Assembly: GCA_020184695.1 (NCBI GenBank)
Contig: JAANOX010000248.1
Location: forward strand, 124,001 to 188,000
Direction of reading: 5' to 3'
DNA from: Histomonas meleagridis 2922-C6/04-290x
Lineage: Eukaryota; Protista; Parabasalia
Length of the DNA stretch: 64,000 bases
In this document: positions 35,098 to 46,549 of the stretch, in pieces
How positions within the stretch are numbered: the first letter of the stretch is position 1
Layout: each line of letters opens with the position of its first letter
Program-made: the position numbers and the translations under genes
Notes under the pieces: generated by a model
Told to the model about the DNA's origin: nothing
What the model saw: the letters and a program-made list of their open reading frames with translations, nothing else
Databases searched by the model: none

Positions 35098-37806
35098 ATG
35101 ACTGAGCCTGGTTCATCCTGCTTGAAATTCCTAATTGAGCTTGAGAAAAATATATTCAGTTTAACAGAAGAAAACTTCAAGGCGTCCTCTAAAAAAGTAT
35201 TGGAATTATTCGATTCAAACTATCCTTGTACATTTTAATACTATTATAAGTAACATCGTTTATAATGCATTTTCATCACAAAAACAAGCATTTGATATTT
35301 CCATAAATTTTTTAAAAACACTTCAAACGAAAGAAGAAGAAATTAATCAAAATATAGTGAAATTAATGTCAATTTTTATCAAACGTATATCTACATTCAG
35401 CACACAAGAATCATATTATTTAATCGAGAAATTAATTGAACAAAATTTGGTTGATAAAAGTATTACCAAAAATATTCATTCAAAATATTTTGCTCATTAT
35501 AAAACAGAAGAAGAAAACCAAAACAAAAATCATTCAGAATTTGAGTATAATAGAAATGATCCAATAGAAAAATACTTTTTGGATAATTACAAAAAACTTT
35601 CAAAGAATGATTGGGAACTTCATAAGCAATTAATTAAAGAAGGAAATAATCCGAATGAAATTGCGAAAATAATTCGAAATGATGAAATAGAAAACCTTCA
35701 AGAAATATCATCGCAAACAAATTTTGATTTTAACCAAACAATCGAACCATCACTTTATGAAAGATGTTCATTTATTAATCAAGAAAATGTTACATTAATT
35801 GATTATGCCGCATTTTTTTGATCAATTAAATGTTTTAAATATTTACTTATGAATGAAGCAAAAGTAGAAAACACAGGTAAATATGCAGTTGCAGGTGGAA
35901 ATGAAGAAATCATTCATTTATGTGAACAATATCATTCATCATTTGAAGGTGCATATGAAACAGCAATTGAATTTCATCAAAATGATATTTTTTATTATAT
36001 TTATGAAAATAAAATGGCTGAAATTAAAACATTTGAAAAATTCGGTAGAAAATGTATTTTATATGATAATTATGAAATTTTAACATTTTTGGTAGATAAA
36101 GGAATTAATATTAATGCAGATAATATAAATGAAACAGCAATGAATGGAAATTTATATCTCGTTAAATATTTCCTTCAAAATAATCAAATTCCAAAAAACA
36201 TTTTGTTATTTGCTTCAGAATCAGGAAATATTGAACTTGTGAAATATGTTGTGGAACAAAAAGGAATAGATGTTAATACAAAAACTATTCATTTGAATAA
36301 TTTATAATATGTTTTAATAATTTGAAACAGCACTTCATATAGCAGTTAGAAATAATAATATAGAAATAGTAAAATTTCTTTTAGATAAAGAAGGAATTGA
36401 TGTTAATTCAAAATATATTTATATGAATAATTTTGGATATGTTTTAATAATTTTATATATGTTTTAATAATTTGTAATATGTTTTAATAATTTGGAACAT
36501 GTTTTAATAATTTGCAACAGCACTTCATATAGCAGTTAGAAATAATAATATCGAAATAGTAAAATTACTTTCAGATAAAGAAGGAATTGATGTTAATGCA
36601 AAAAATATTCATTTTGATAATTTAAAATATGTTTTAATAATTTTGGATATGTTTTAATAATTTTATATATGTTTTCATAATTTGAAACAGCACTTCATAT
36701 AGCAGTTAGAAATAATAATATAGAAATAGTAAAATTACTTTTATATAAAGAAGGAATTGATGTTAATTCAAAATATATTTATATGAATAATTTTGGATAT
36801 GTTTTAATAATTTAATATATATTTTAATAATTTGGAATATGTTTTAATAATTTGAAACATCACTTCATATAGCAGTTAGAAATAATAATATAGAAATAGT
36901 AAAATCACTTTTAGATAAAGGAATTGATGTTAATGCAAAATATATTCATTTGAATAATTTGAAATATGTTTTAATAATTTGGAATATGTTTTAATAATTT
37001 GAAATATGTTTTAATAATTTTATATATGTTTTAATAATTTGTAATATGTTTTAATAATTTGAAATATGTTTTAATAATTTGAAACAGCACTTCATATAGC
37101 AGTTAAAAATAATAATATAGAAATAGTAAAATTACTTTTAGATAAAGGAATTGATGTTAATGCAAAAATATTCATTTTGATAATTAAAAATATGATTTAA
37201 CAATTTTATATATGTTTTTAATAATTTTATATATGTTTTCATAATTTGAAACAGCACTTCATATAGCAGTTAGAAATAATAATATAGAAATAATAAAATT
37301 ACTTTTAGATAAAGAAGGAATTGATGTTAATGCAAAAAATATTCATTTTGATAATTTAGAATATGTTTTAATAATTTTATATATGTTTTAATAATTTGAA
37401 ACAGCACTTCATACAGCAGTTAGAAATAATAATATAGAAATAATAAAATTACTTTTAGATAAAGGAATTGATGTTAATGAAAAAAATATTCATTTGAATA
37501 ATTTAGAATATGTTTTAATATTTTGAAATATGTTTTAATAATTTGAAATATGTTTTAATAATTTGAAACAGCACTTCATATAGCAGTTAGAAATAATAAT
37601 ATAGAAATAGTAAAATCACTTTTAGATAAAGAGGGAATTGATGTTAATGAAAAAAATATTCATTTGAATAATTTAGAATATGTTTTAATAATTTAATATA
37701 TATTTTAATAATTTGGAATATATTTTAACAATATTTGACTGCAATACAAATTTCACAGCAAAAAGGTTATACAGAAATAGTAAATTTACTTCTTAAAAAA
37801 TTATAA
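35098..37806 (+). pseudogene. DUF3447-ankyrin locus E (inverted copy of C): 9 spacer-separated modules; homopolymer frameshifts near 35236, 35820 and 37168
   Basis: Module starts are at 36327, 36517, 36687, 36857, 37084, 37251, 37401, 37568 and 37738, with spacers of 40, 100, 80, 80, 140, 81, 60, 80 and 80 nt. Terminal TAA is at 37804-37806. The frameshifts could be sequencing errors. Confidence 0.7.
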
Positions 37807-40592
37807 TTCAGCGTCTTCTTCTACAAACATCAAATCTTCATTTTTCAATAAAAAATGGAAATGAAGCATGTTTTGATAATAAAATTTACCAAAATAAAGA
37901 AGAATTTTTTGATAATAATTTAATAGATTTTTTGATTAACAACTACCTCTGTGATATTCTGTTCCATAAGAAATTATATTGATAAATCGCAGAAAAAATG
38001 AAACCAAGGTTAATGCGATAATAATTTTGAGATAGATTTTTTTTAATTTTTTTGTGAAATCAAACAAACATAAGAATTTTTTGCATGGTGTTTCATTTTC
38101 ATTCATGTAGAAAAAAAAATAAAAGAGATTAAATATTGCAATAATTTATACTTTTATATGAATCCGAAATGAATGCATTACATTTACCATTGTATTGTTG
38201 TTACATAGTTTATGTTCCAATATAAAATAAATATCAAATTAATTTCAAGATATTTGAAATATTTTCTCAAATCTTTTTAAATTTTACATTTAATATTATT
38301 GTAAGTGAAAAGAATCATGTTTCATTATTCAGTTCTAATTTTTGTGCAAATCCTAGAGATATTCGCAGCATAAATCAAACGATACGGCTCAAACATTTAC
38401 TTTTACAGTTGAGTATAATCGTACCTCACAATTTTTTTATCCGTAAACTAGTCAATTGCTTTATTTTTTTGGGAAAATTGGGTGTTAAGGTTTATTAAAA
38501 ATGGGACAAAAAACATTTTCATCCGTGCATTAATTTTACATAGCATGAACATCATTGGTCGATTCTGGACAAGTGCATACTTTAATGTCGCACAAGCTAA
38601 ATTCGAATTTAGTGAATATTTAATAAAAATCACAATATACGTATATGAACAACTGATTGAGCAACCAAATGAGATCGATATATTTGGATTAAACTTTTTA
38701 AAGTTATAGTTTAAGTTGTTAGTTGCGAAGGAACGGATTTGCTGTTCAAACAAAACCAATCGAAGCAAGGAAAAGCCGCTTATTTTTGCATTTTCAGAAG
38801 GAATAAAATTTTTCATTAAAAATCAGGTAATTTCATTTATAATATATTTATTAAATTTTTTTAATATGATGAAGCTTGTATCTAAATTTCGTTATATTTT
38901 AACAATAATTTCGAAATCTTGAAAAAATTAAAAATTTCGAATTAGATAGAACTTGTTTCTTAACTAACATAGGCAAATTTAGAAAAATTAATTTTTGAAC
39001 CTACGTCCTAATAGCCACATTGTCAGAGGATTTGTTACTTTTTCATTCAATTTTTGAAATCTCAGATTATATTTTTATTTCAGCGAATGAAGAAAATTAC
39101 AGCAACAGAATAAATTTGTCTGATTTTGATAGGATAATCTTATTATAGATTAATAATTTGAAACTTTTTACAGAAGGGTTTATTAAAATATGATGAATAT
39201 TTAAAGTTATATTGATATTATATTTGAAAGCATTCTTATAAAAATAAATTTATAAAATTTTGTTCATGTCATTAGGTGTATTCTATGTCATATAATAAAT
39301 ATAATGTTAATCAGGATGGATAATTAGATTCTGCCATCTTATTTTTTGTAAGCTTTATTTGATTTTCAGAACATTTATCTATGAAAAAGTTAAACAATCA
39401 TTAACTTAATTAATTTAATCCAAAAGTATCTACATAATCTTTGAAAAAATAAAAATATTTTTGCAGAAGGATCCTTAAAAATATTAAATATATAAAAAGT
39501 TTTTTAAGTAAAGAAAAATTTGACGAAAGACATTAATATGAATATTTTTATTATTACAAAATGGTATTAAGACAAATTTAATATCTTATTAATTCATCGA
39601 GTTTAAACTTTGGTGACATGAGAGGGTGCCAGAAACGCCAACCTTAAGTTGTTAGCTGCGAAGGAACGGATTTGCTGTTTGGTTTTATTCTATCTTTCTC
39701 AATTGTGTTTTCCATTTTTTGGAATCAATTTATAAATTTTACTCTCAGTATATATCTTGAATCTTTTCTACGTAAAAACATCATACTCATTATCTTTTTA
39801 TTTAAGATCCATTTCTTCATCGATTATAATTATTGGATTTTCATTTACAACGGCGAAACTATTTATTATATTTTCCATCATTTCTAATAATTTGGTGATA
39901 ACTGAATAATAATTAACATTAAATGCGTCGTCCACATTTTATAAAGTTTCTTTCCGACCAATTTGTGTTGTTTTTTTGAATTGTTTACATGTTTATCACT
40001 TCATACAAAATTTGAAAAAATATTTCCACTTTTTAGAAAGAGCAAGCCCATAACCATTCTGATGGCGAACAGAAACGCAGCAGCAAGAATTCTTTCTAAG
40101 ATGTATCATGACATCAAAGAAAACCCATGTCAATACTTTAGTGCTGGTCTTATTAATGATGATCTTTTTAAGTGGCGTGTTACCTATTATCGGCCCCTTC
40201 AAGTTCACCTTATGAAGGTTCTATTCTTCCAGCAGAACTTGAATTTCCAGATGACTTCCCATTAAAGCCACCCAAGATGCGATTCCTTTGTCCAATGTGG
40301 CATCCAAACATTGACGCTAAAACAGGTAAAGTTTGTATTAGTATTCTTCATGACCCAGGTGATGACCCTAATGAGTATGAAAAGAGTTCAGAACGCTGGC
40401 TTCCGATTCATACTGTTGATTCAATTGTTATTTCTGTTATTTCTATGCTTACTGATCCAAATCCAGAATCACCATTGAACGTTGAAGCTAATCGTGACTT
40501 CATGTTCAACAAACAACAGTATATCCGCAAAGTTCGTCGTATGGCCTCTGAAGCCATTAATTACTGCTGAACTAAACACCGCTGCTCTTTTT
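35118..40592. repeat. Right arm of the inverted segmental duplication
   Basis: Reverse complement of 17145-21994. It carries about 220 extra bp (about 38774-38990) and three extra ankyrin modules. Confidence 0.9.
40062..40570 (+). pseudogene. UBC7: Second Ubc7-type E2 copy with two single-C insertions (about 40184 and 40195)
   Basis: Otherwise the same as 17167-17673. It reads GTTACCTATT instead of GTTACTATT and GGCCCCTT instead of GGCCCTT. Could be a pseudogene or a read error. Confidence 0.7.
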
Positions 40593-40859
40593 GCTTTTCC
40601 CTTTGAGCATCGTTGTTTCCAAAAAATCCCATTATCAAACGTAATAACCTAAAAATTTGAGCTTTGTTGCTCGCTTTAATTTTATTTTTGAGTTTTTTTT
40701 TTAATAATTTATTTTAAATATTTTTTTTCTTTGAACTTTGTGATGACCGATTTGTATTTTGTAAAGGTCTTCAATTACATTTCAACTCAAAATTAACATT
40801 TATTTTGTATTTATAATTATAACAATTGTTGAACAACGAAATCATTTATTCATGAAATT

Positions 40860-43292
40860 TCACTTTATCAAATTCCTAAACATTCTTGCCTTTGCACCCC
40901 TAAAATTCGATGCCACCTGCGTCTTTAATTGTAAGTTTCCCTTTAGTAAGTTCTTTAAAACATCCTTCATTTCATCCATTGTCTTTTCATCAAGTTCCAA
41001 TTCGTCATCTTCTTCAATTAATAACTGTGCGTATAATATTGCAACAAATTCCTTTATGCAATCGAATCTTTCATCTTGTAAAATCACTTCGTTTATTAAT
41101 GAAAACACTTCTTCAATTCCTTCATCTTTAGGAAATGGCACAAAATCGAAGAAATGTAAAATTGTTTTTTCATTAATTTCATAATTTTTATCTGTTGTAT
41201 ATACATTCAGAAGGAATTTGATTATTGAAGAAGTACAATCAGTATTTCCTTCAATATTTTCTTTTTCTTCTTCTTCGAAATCGTCGTTTTCGAAATTTGG
41301 TAAATTAATCGAATTAATAATATTTTCAAATGGTTTCGTGAAGTTTGAAATTGGGTCCAAAACTTTTGGAAACGTTTTATATATCGAAGAAAAGAAATCA
41401 GCAGAAGAAATTAATTCAGGAGAATCATTTTTATCAAGTTTTTCGACTTGATTAAGGACAAGTTTAGATAATTCGATACATTGATTCAAATTAATAATTT
41501 TATTATTAATACCAATAGTTAATATGCTTAAAATTTGATGAAGTGCAAGTTCGGGTCCATCTTTAACCCATTCAATAAACGTCGTAATAATTTGATTTGA
41601 TTTTAATGGAAATCGTTTAACATATACTTCGATAAAATCAAACGCACTGTCAATTTGTGGAAGTTGTTTATATGGAAGATAACCTTCAAATATTGGTAAT
41701 GTTCCATTAATGAATGAAGTAACAAATGATTGTGCAACATCGGAAACATCGAATTTCTTTGCAAGTTTAATCATCACATGAATAACCATATCAAATGCAT
41801 CTGTTTTAGTTAGTTTATTTACAGGAAGTTTCTCAAAGATTTTGATCGCATTTTCTAATGTTAATAAATTATACATTCCAATAATAGTTCCACAAGTACG
41901 TAATGAATCATATAAACATTCAGATTCTAGATTTTGAATAATGAAATTTGTTATTGATGGAACTAATGGTTCATATTTTAAGTCACCAATAAGTTGTGCG
42001 ATATCAATAGATAAAAGAATTCGATGTTTTTTATTTGCGATTTTAGTTTCATCTAAAAATCCTTCAGAAAGTTTTGGTAACAAATCGATAAAACTTTCTT
42101 CTTGATAATTAGAATAAATAGCTATTAAAAACGGTGTAAGAAAACGAAATGATTCATATGATGAATCATTTACAATTCGTTTTGTGATTTCAAGTGTTTC
42201 TTTATATAAATCTTCAAAATATTCGGGTTCGAGAATAGAAAGATCTGCTAAAAGATCAATATAACGAGATGCTAAGAGATCATCTCCAGAAGTTTTACTT
42301 CCAGAAATTGCAATGTCATAAAAATATTGAATAATTTCCATACTTAAATGTGAATCGCATTCTGAATCACATGATGAACTATCACATTCATCATCATTAT
42401 CTCGAGCATCTACAATATATGTCTTTAAAAGTTTAAAGAAATATCGATGTCCTGCTGGAGAATAATTTGGAAATTGAGAAACAATTTCCTTTAATATGTC
42501 AAAACGAAGAAAAACTTTGCTTTTGATGAGCTCGCGAACACATTTATGTGAACGATATTGGATAACAGGATCATTGGATATAAGAAGTGGCTTAAGAGAT
42601 GAAAGAAGTGATAATGCATCAGGTGAACTTTCGGGTTCATGTGAAAAGTGAGGTGAAATGTATTCCATAATGTAGCATGAGGAAATTTGTAAGCTACGGT
42701 CAGACTCAATACCATTCATAAAGGTGGTAATAATAAAGTTTAAGGCTTTAGGTTCAATATCAATAAGATCATGGGCAAATGTTGAGAATATTACAATTGC
42801 TGATGAACTTTTTTCAGTAGTCGCTAATTCTTGTATATGAGAGAGAAGTTCCCTGAATGTTTCCTCTTCAAGATAATTGACATCTAAGTTGTCATAAGTT
42901 GATATAAACTCATATGGAAAGTCACCGTTTTTAGAAAAATATTCTTGAACAATTTCAACTGCAATATCAAAAACTATTAAAAGCGGTTCAATTGGAAGAA
43001 AGGTTGAAATTGCTATGAGAGGTTCACAAATTTTCATCTTACTTTCAAGAGATTCATTACTGTTTTTGAGGCTTTTAATTTGGTCAATGATATCTTGTGG
43101 CACCTGACGAAAAGCTTCAACTTCTTTGCTATATTCATAAAATAGCTCAAAAAGAAAACTAAAACAATTAATGTGTGATTTTGCTTGTTCAAACATGAAA
43201 TTCCAGACATCAATTGGATTCAGTTCTGGCTTCTCGCCAGTGGTTGGATTGCAAAATTCATTGATTTGTAGGAATCTCTTTTTTAATTCCAT
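40860..43292 (-). CDS. HEAT/ARM-repeat protein, possibly a divergent importin-beta/karyopherin
   Basis: 810-aa ATG-initiated ORF with amphipathic helical repeats and acidic loops. No diagnostic motif recognised. Confidence 0.45.
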   Translation of the reverse strand: MELKKRFLQINEFCNPTTGEKPELNPIDVWNFMFEQAKSHINCFSFLFELFYEYSKEVEAFRQVPQDIIDQIKSLKNSNESLESKMKICEPLIAISTFLPIEPLLIVFDIAVEIVQEYFSKNGDFPYEFISTYDNLDVNYLEEETFRELLSHIQELATTEKSSSAIVIFSTFAHDLIDIEPKALNFIITTFMNGIESDRSLQISSCYIMEYISPHFSHEPESSPDALSLLSSLKPLLISNDPVIQYRSHKCVRELIKSKVFLRFDILKEIVSQFPNYSPAGHRYFFKLLKTYIVDARDNDDECDSSSCDSECDSHLSMEIIQYFYDIAISGSKTSGDDLLASRYIDLLADLSILEPEYFEDLYKETLEITKRIVNDSSYESFRFLTPFLIAIYSNYQEESFIDLLPKLSEGFLDETKIANKKHRILLSIDIAQLIGDLKYEPLVPSITNFIIQNLESECLYDSLRTCGTIIGMYNLLTLENAIKIFEKLPVNKLTKTDAFDMVIHVMIKLAKKFDVSDVAQSFVTSFINGTLPIFEGYLPYKQLPQIDSAFDFIEVYVKRFPLKSNQIITTFIEWVKDGPELALHQILSILTIGINNKIINLNQCIELSKLVLNQVEKLDKNDSPELISSADFFSSIYKTFPKVLDPISNFTKPFENIINSINLPNFENDDFEEEEKENIEGNTDCTSSIIKFLLNVYTTDKNYEINEKTILHFFDFVPFPKDEGIEEVFSLINEVILQDERFDCIKEFVAILYAQLLIEEDDELELDEKTMDEMKDVLKNLLKGNLQLKTQVASNFRGAKARMFRNLIK

Positions 43293-44161
43293 ATTTTAGC
43301 ACGACCAACAAAAAGACGTTATATACTTTGTATGAAAGAAAAAAGAAATTTTCTTGTTTAGAATAAATTAAACACTGAATTAACTCAGGATAAATGTTCT
43401 CCTTTAAATCTATATGCTGTGTGCTTATTTGCACAAGAATTGATTAATAAATGAGTATGTTTTCATCAATGTGAAATTTATTATTAATAATATTTACATA
43501 GAAAAGAAAATTATTTTCTTCCAATAATATTTAACAACAAAGAATCAAATAAAATTTTTTGATTCACATGATTTTACACACTTACTGGAATGTGTTTTAC
43601 TTCATTTATCTTAAGTGATAGTTATATAGCCATCCTTTTTTTAAGCATTATCTTTCCATGGAAATAAAAATCAGATGATGAAATTTAAACATGAATTATA
43701 TATTCATTATTTTCATGAAAAAAAGGTATAACACAATATGAACACACATGCAAGTATTACTTTGTTGACACATTCATCTTTGAACAAGTACAAATCTAAA
43801 TTATTTAATCGAACAAAAAGAGGATTTGGCACAACTAATTATAATTTTTCTAAATGGGAAGAACAGAAATTCACACCAAATTTTTGGAAAAGAAAATGAC
43901 CAACATGTAAATATATTAAATATATAGGTATTAAAGTATAAATTACTGTTAGAACATGCTCAATGATATAATGAAAATTCCTACAAATCAAAAACCCTTT
44001 GTTATGCTTTGCCTCTTATGAGAAACCGTTTTAAACTTTATACTGATTTCATTTTACAAAAACGTCAACAAAAACGATTTTTAATTCATCACTAATAAAA
44101 TCATTTAAAATTTATATATTTATTAATAATCCACCACAAAAAAAAATTTTAATTATTTTTC

Positions 44162-46270
44162 TTACTTTTTCTTTGCTTTATATTCTTCCAAATGATTTTC
44201 TTTATCATTTAAACTTTCTTGTACAATATGTAACACATCGGGCGTCAAATAATACCCTTCCAACGTCCAATCGTTTGCAATTCTTCCAGCATCGTTGGGC
44301 TGCAATTTCTTTAACAATTCTATGTATCTAATTTGAGGGATTTCATTATTTAATTCCCAAATTCTTTTCGCATATTTAAATTGGAACTTTGTGTTATAGC
44401 AAACTTTATTACGTATATATAACACTGGTGCGATCCAAACATTAAAATGTTTTTCATTCCAAATATTTTTTAGTAAAAACACAAAATCGTTTAACAAATT
44501 ATTAAAATTATTTTCGATATTATTATTATAATTACTAAACGCTATAATTATTAATGAGTTTTCAGGGATTTCATTAATAATTTTCATAAAACATTTATTA
44601 TAATTATTATTAATTAATTCATTAAATGTTAACTTATCCAAAATTTTCGGATAAATAAAATAATTTTCATTATTTATAGTTACGTTTCTATAAGAAAGAA
44701 ATGTATAATTTTCATCGCCAATTAAATAAATCAAATTTTTACTATTTATTATTTCCTTTTTAAATGGATAACTTATCGAAGGTATTAATGAACTTATTAA
44801 ATAATGATATTGAATTTCTTTTGCTAGAATTGTTTTATTAAATTTATATTGTTTAATGATCTCATTTATATTATTCACTATGATATTCGATGCAGTAATA
44901 TAATAATGATTAAACAAATAACTCTCAAGTAAAATAAATATCCAAATAGTATCATATTGCTCAAATTTATATTGACAATCAATTTCACCTTGTTTAATTA
45001 TTTCGAATTTCTTCACATTATCATTTTCATTAACATTCTCAAGCTCAAAATCATTTTTAATGTTTTTCAAGTCTAAGTTTTTAGTTAAGTTCTTTAACTC
45101 ATCTTCTCGTTTATCTATAGATGATAAAAAAACATCAAATAACTCAAAAATCTCATTTCTCGTTATACAGTTCTCAATTGCGGACTTAAAACAACCTACT
45201 GCTATAGCAGGCGAGTTAGGAGATATCAAAAAAGCTAATTTTAAAAAATGAAATGCGGCATATTTAGAGCCGAATTCATTTAACATATCGCCAACATAAA
45301 ATAATATATTCGAATCAATGACACCATCGCCAAGTTCTGATTGTAATATTTGGATTTGTAAGTCATTAACAACATGTTCACTAATGAATCTTCGTGTGCG
45401 TTTATGGTCAGGTTCAACAGAAAAATTACGTAAAACTAAATGTAACGCTTCAGAAAGTTTTCCTTGTTTAGCAAGAATTTCTCCTAACACAATCGTAACT
45501 TTTAAATTACGTGGATTAGAACTCGCAATAGGTTGGATTAATGTTAACGCTTGGTCATATGCGCCAATAGCTAAAAGAGATTTAGCAATACTGCAATTAA
45601 TTTTATCATAATCAAATAACGTGCGCGACGATAGCAATATCAGACGGTTATAATACTCAATTGCTTCTTGATGTAAACCTGCAACTTGATGAGATTTGGC
45701 TAAAAGACGTAAACACTCAGAATCAGAGGGATACACGTGACAGGCAGTAGTGGCAGCATCAATAGCTAATTTATATTGGTGGAGCTTTAATAATAATCGA
45801 ATTTGTAAATGCCATGGAATGGGTGAATTGGGTATAAGGGTTTTGGCATTAAGTATACAGCGATTAACAGCTGAAACATCAAGGTTGGCAAGAGCTGTTT
45901 TACCTTGAGATATGATTTCATCAAATTCTTGAAGTGTGGAATTGTTTTCTTCATACGCATCTTCTTCCTCGTAATAAAATGTGTCGGGTTCAGTTGTAGA
46001 AAGAATAAGATCAAAATGATTACTTTTTAATGAAAAAACTGATTTAGATAAATCTTCAACTTTGTTAATTTTATGATTAAGAAGTGGGTAAGTGAGGTCG
46101 TCATAGAATAAGGAATATTTATTAGCTTCAATGCTGATTTCATGATTCTTTTGATATAATTCTAAAAATTTCTCAATTACATTTTGAAACGTTGGCTCAG
46201 GTTCTGTTGGCGTTATTCGAAATAAGCAACAATCTGTAGGATCATCTTCAAGAAATAAGAAAAATTCCAT
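44162..46270 (-). CDS. TPR-repeat-containing protein
   Basis: 702-aa ORF with TPR-like segments (LLAKSHQVAGLHQEAIEYYNRL, LGEILAKQGKLSEAL). Confidence 0.65.
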   Translation of the reverse strand: MEFFLFLEDDPTDCCLFRITPTEPEPTFQNVIEKFLELYQKNHEISIEANKYSLFYDDLTYPLLNHKINKVEDLSKSVFSLKSNHFDLILSTTEPDTFYYEEEDAYEENNSTLQEFDEIISQGKTALANLDVSAVNRCILNAKTLIPNSPIPWHLQIRLLLKLHQYKLAIDAATTACHVYPSDSECLRLLAKSHQVAGLHQEAIEYYNRLILLSSRTLFDYDKINCSIAKSLLAIGAYDQALTLIQPIASSNPRNLKVTIVLGEILAKQGKLSEALHLVLRNFSVEPDHKRTRRFISEHVVNDLQIQILQSELGDGVIDSNILFYVGDMLNEFGSKYAAFHFLKLAFLISPNSPAIAVGCFKSAIENCITRNEIFELFDVFLSSIDKREDELKNLTKNLDLKNIKNDFELENVNENDNVKKFEIIKQGEIDCQYKFEQYDTIWIFILLESYLFNHYYITASNIIVNNINEIIKQYKFNKTILAKEIQYHYLISSLIPSISYPFKKEIINSKNLIYLIGDENYTFLSYRNVTINNENYFIYPKILDKLTFNELINNNYNKCFMKIINEIPENSLIIIAFSNYNNNIENNFNNLLNDFVFLLKNIWNEKHFNVWIAPVLYIRNKVCYNTKFQFKYAKRIWELNNEIPQIRYIELLKKLQPNDAGRIANDWTLEGYYLTPDVLHIVQESLNDKENHLEEYKAKKK

Positions 46271-46549
46271 TTAATTTGGATACGTTTATAATCAAAACCA
46301 AAAACCGTCGTGTTAAACGTTTCCTTTTTATAAAATATTTCTAAATTATTTTTTTCATTTAGGCATTTTTTATTAATATTTCTATTAATATTATCATTCT
46401 CATCACATTAGGTATTTCAATAATTCATTAATTTAATTCCTTTATTTAATATAGTAATAATTCTTGACCTTCTATATTATTTAACACATATGAATAATAA
46501 ACAGCACTATTAAATGATTCATAATAATTCCAAATAAGATATGTAAAAA

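Noticed and set aside
36287-36326. Simple direct-repeat collapse (ATTTGAA to ATTTGAA) restoring the frame
   Set aside because: Collapse leaves 11 nt between the D-position codon and Thr, one short of frame; the same offset occurs in the 80-nt class.
36287-36330. The ACAG in TTTGAAACAG-CACTT as a spliceosomal 3' splice site
   Set aside because: The AG spans the Thr-Ala codons, is absent in TPL, TSL, TTL and ACT-GCA modules, has no ACTAAC branch motif, and using it would delete conserved residues.
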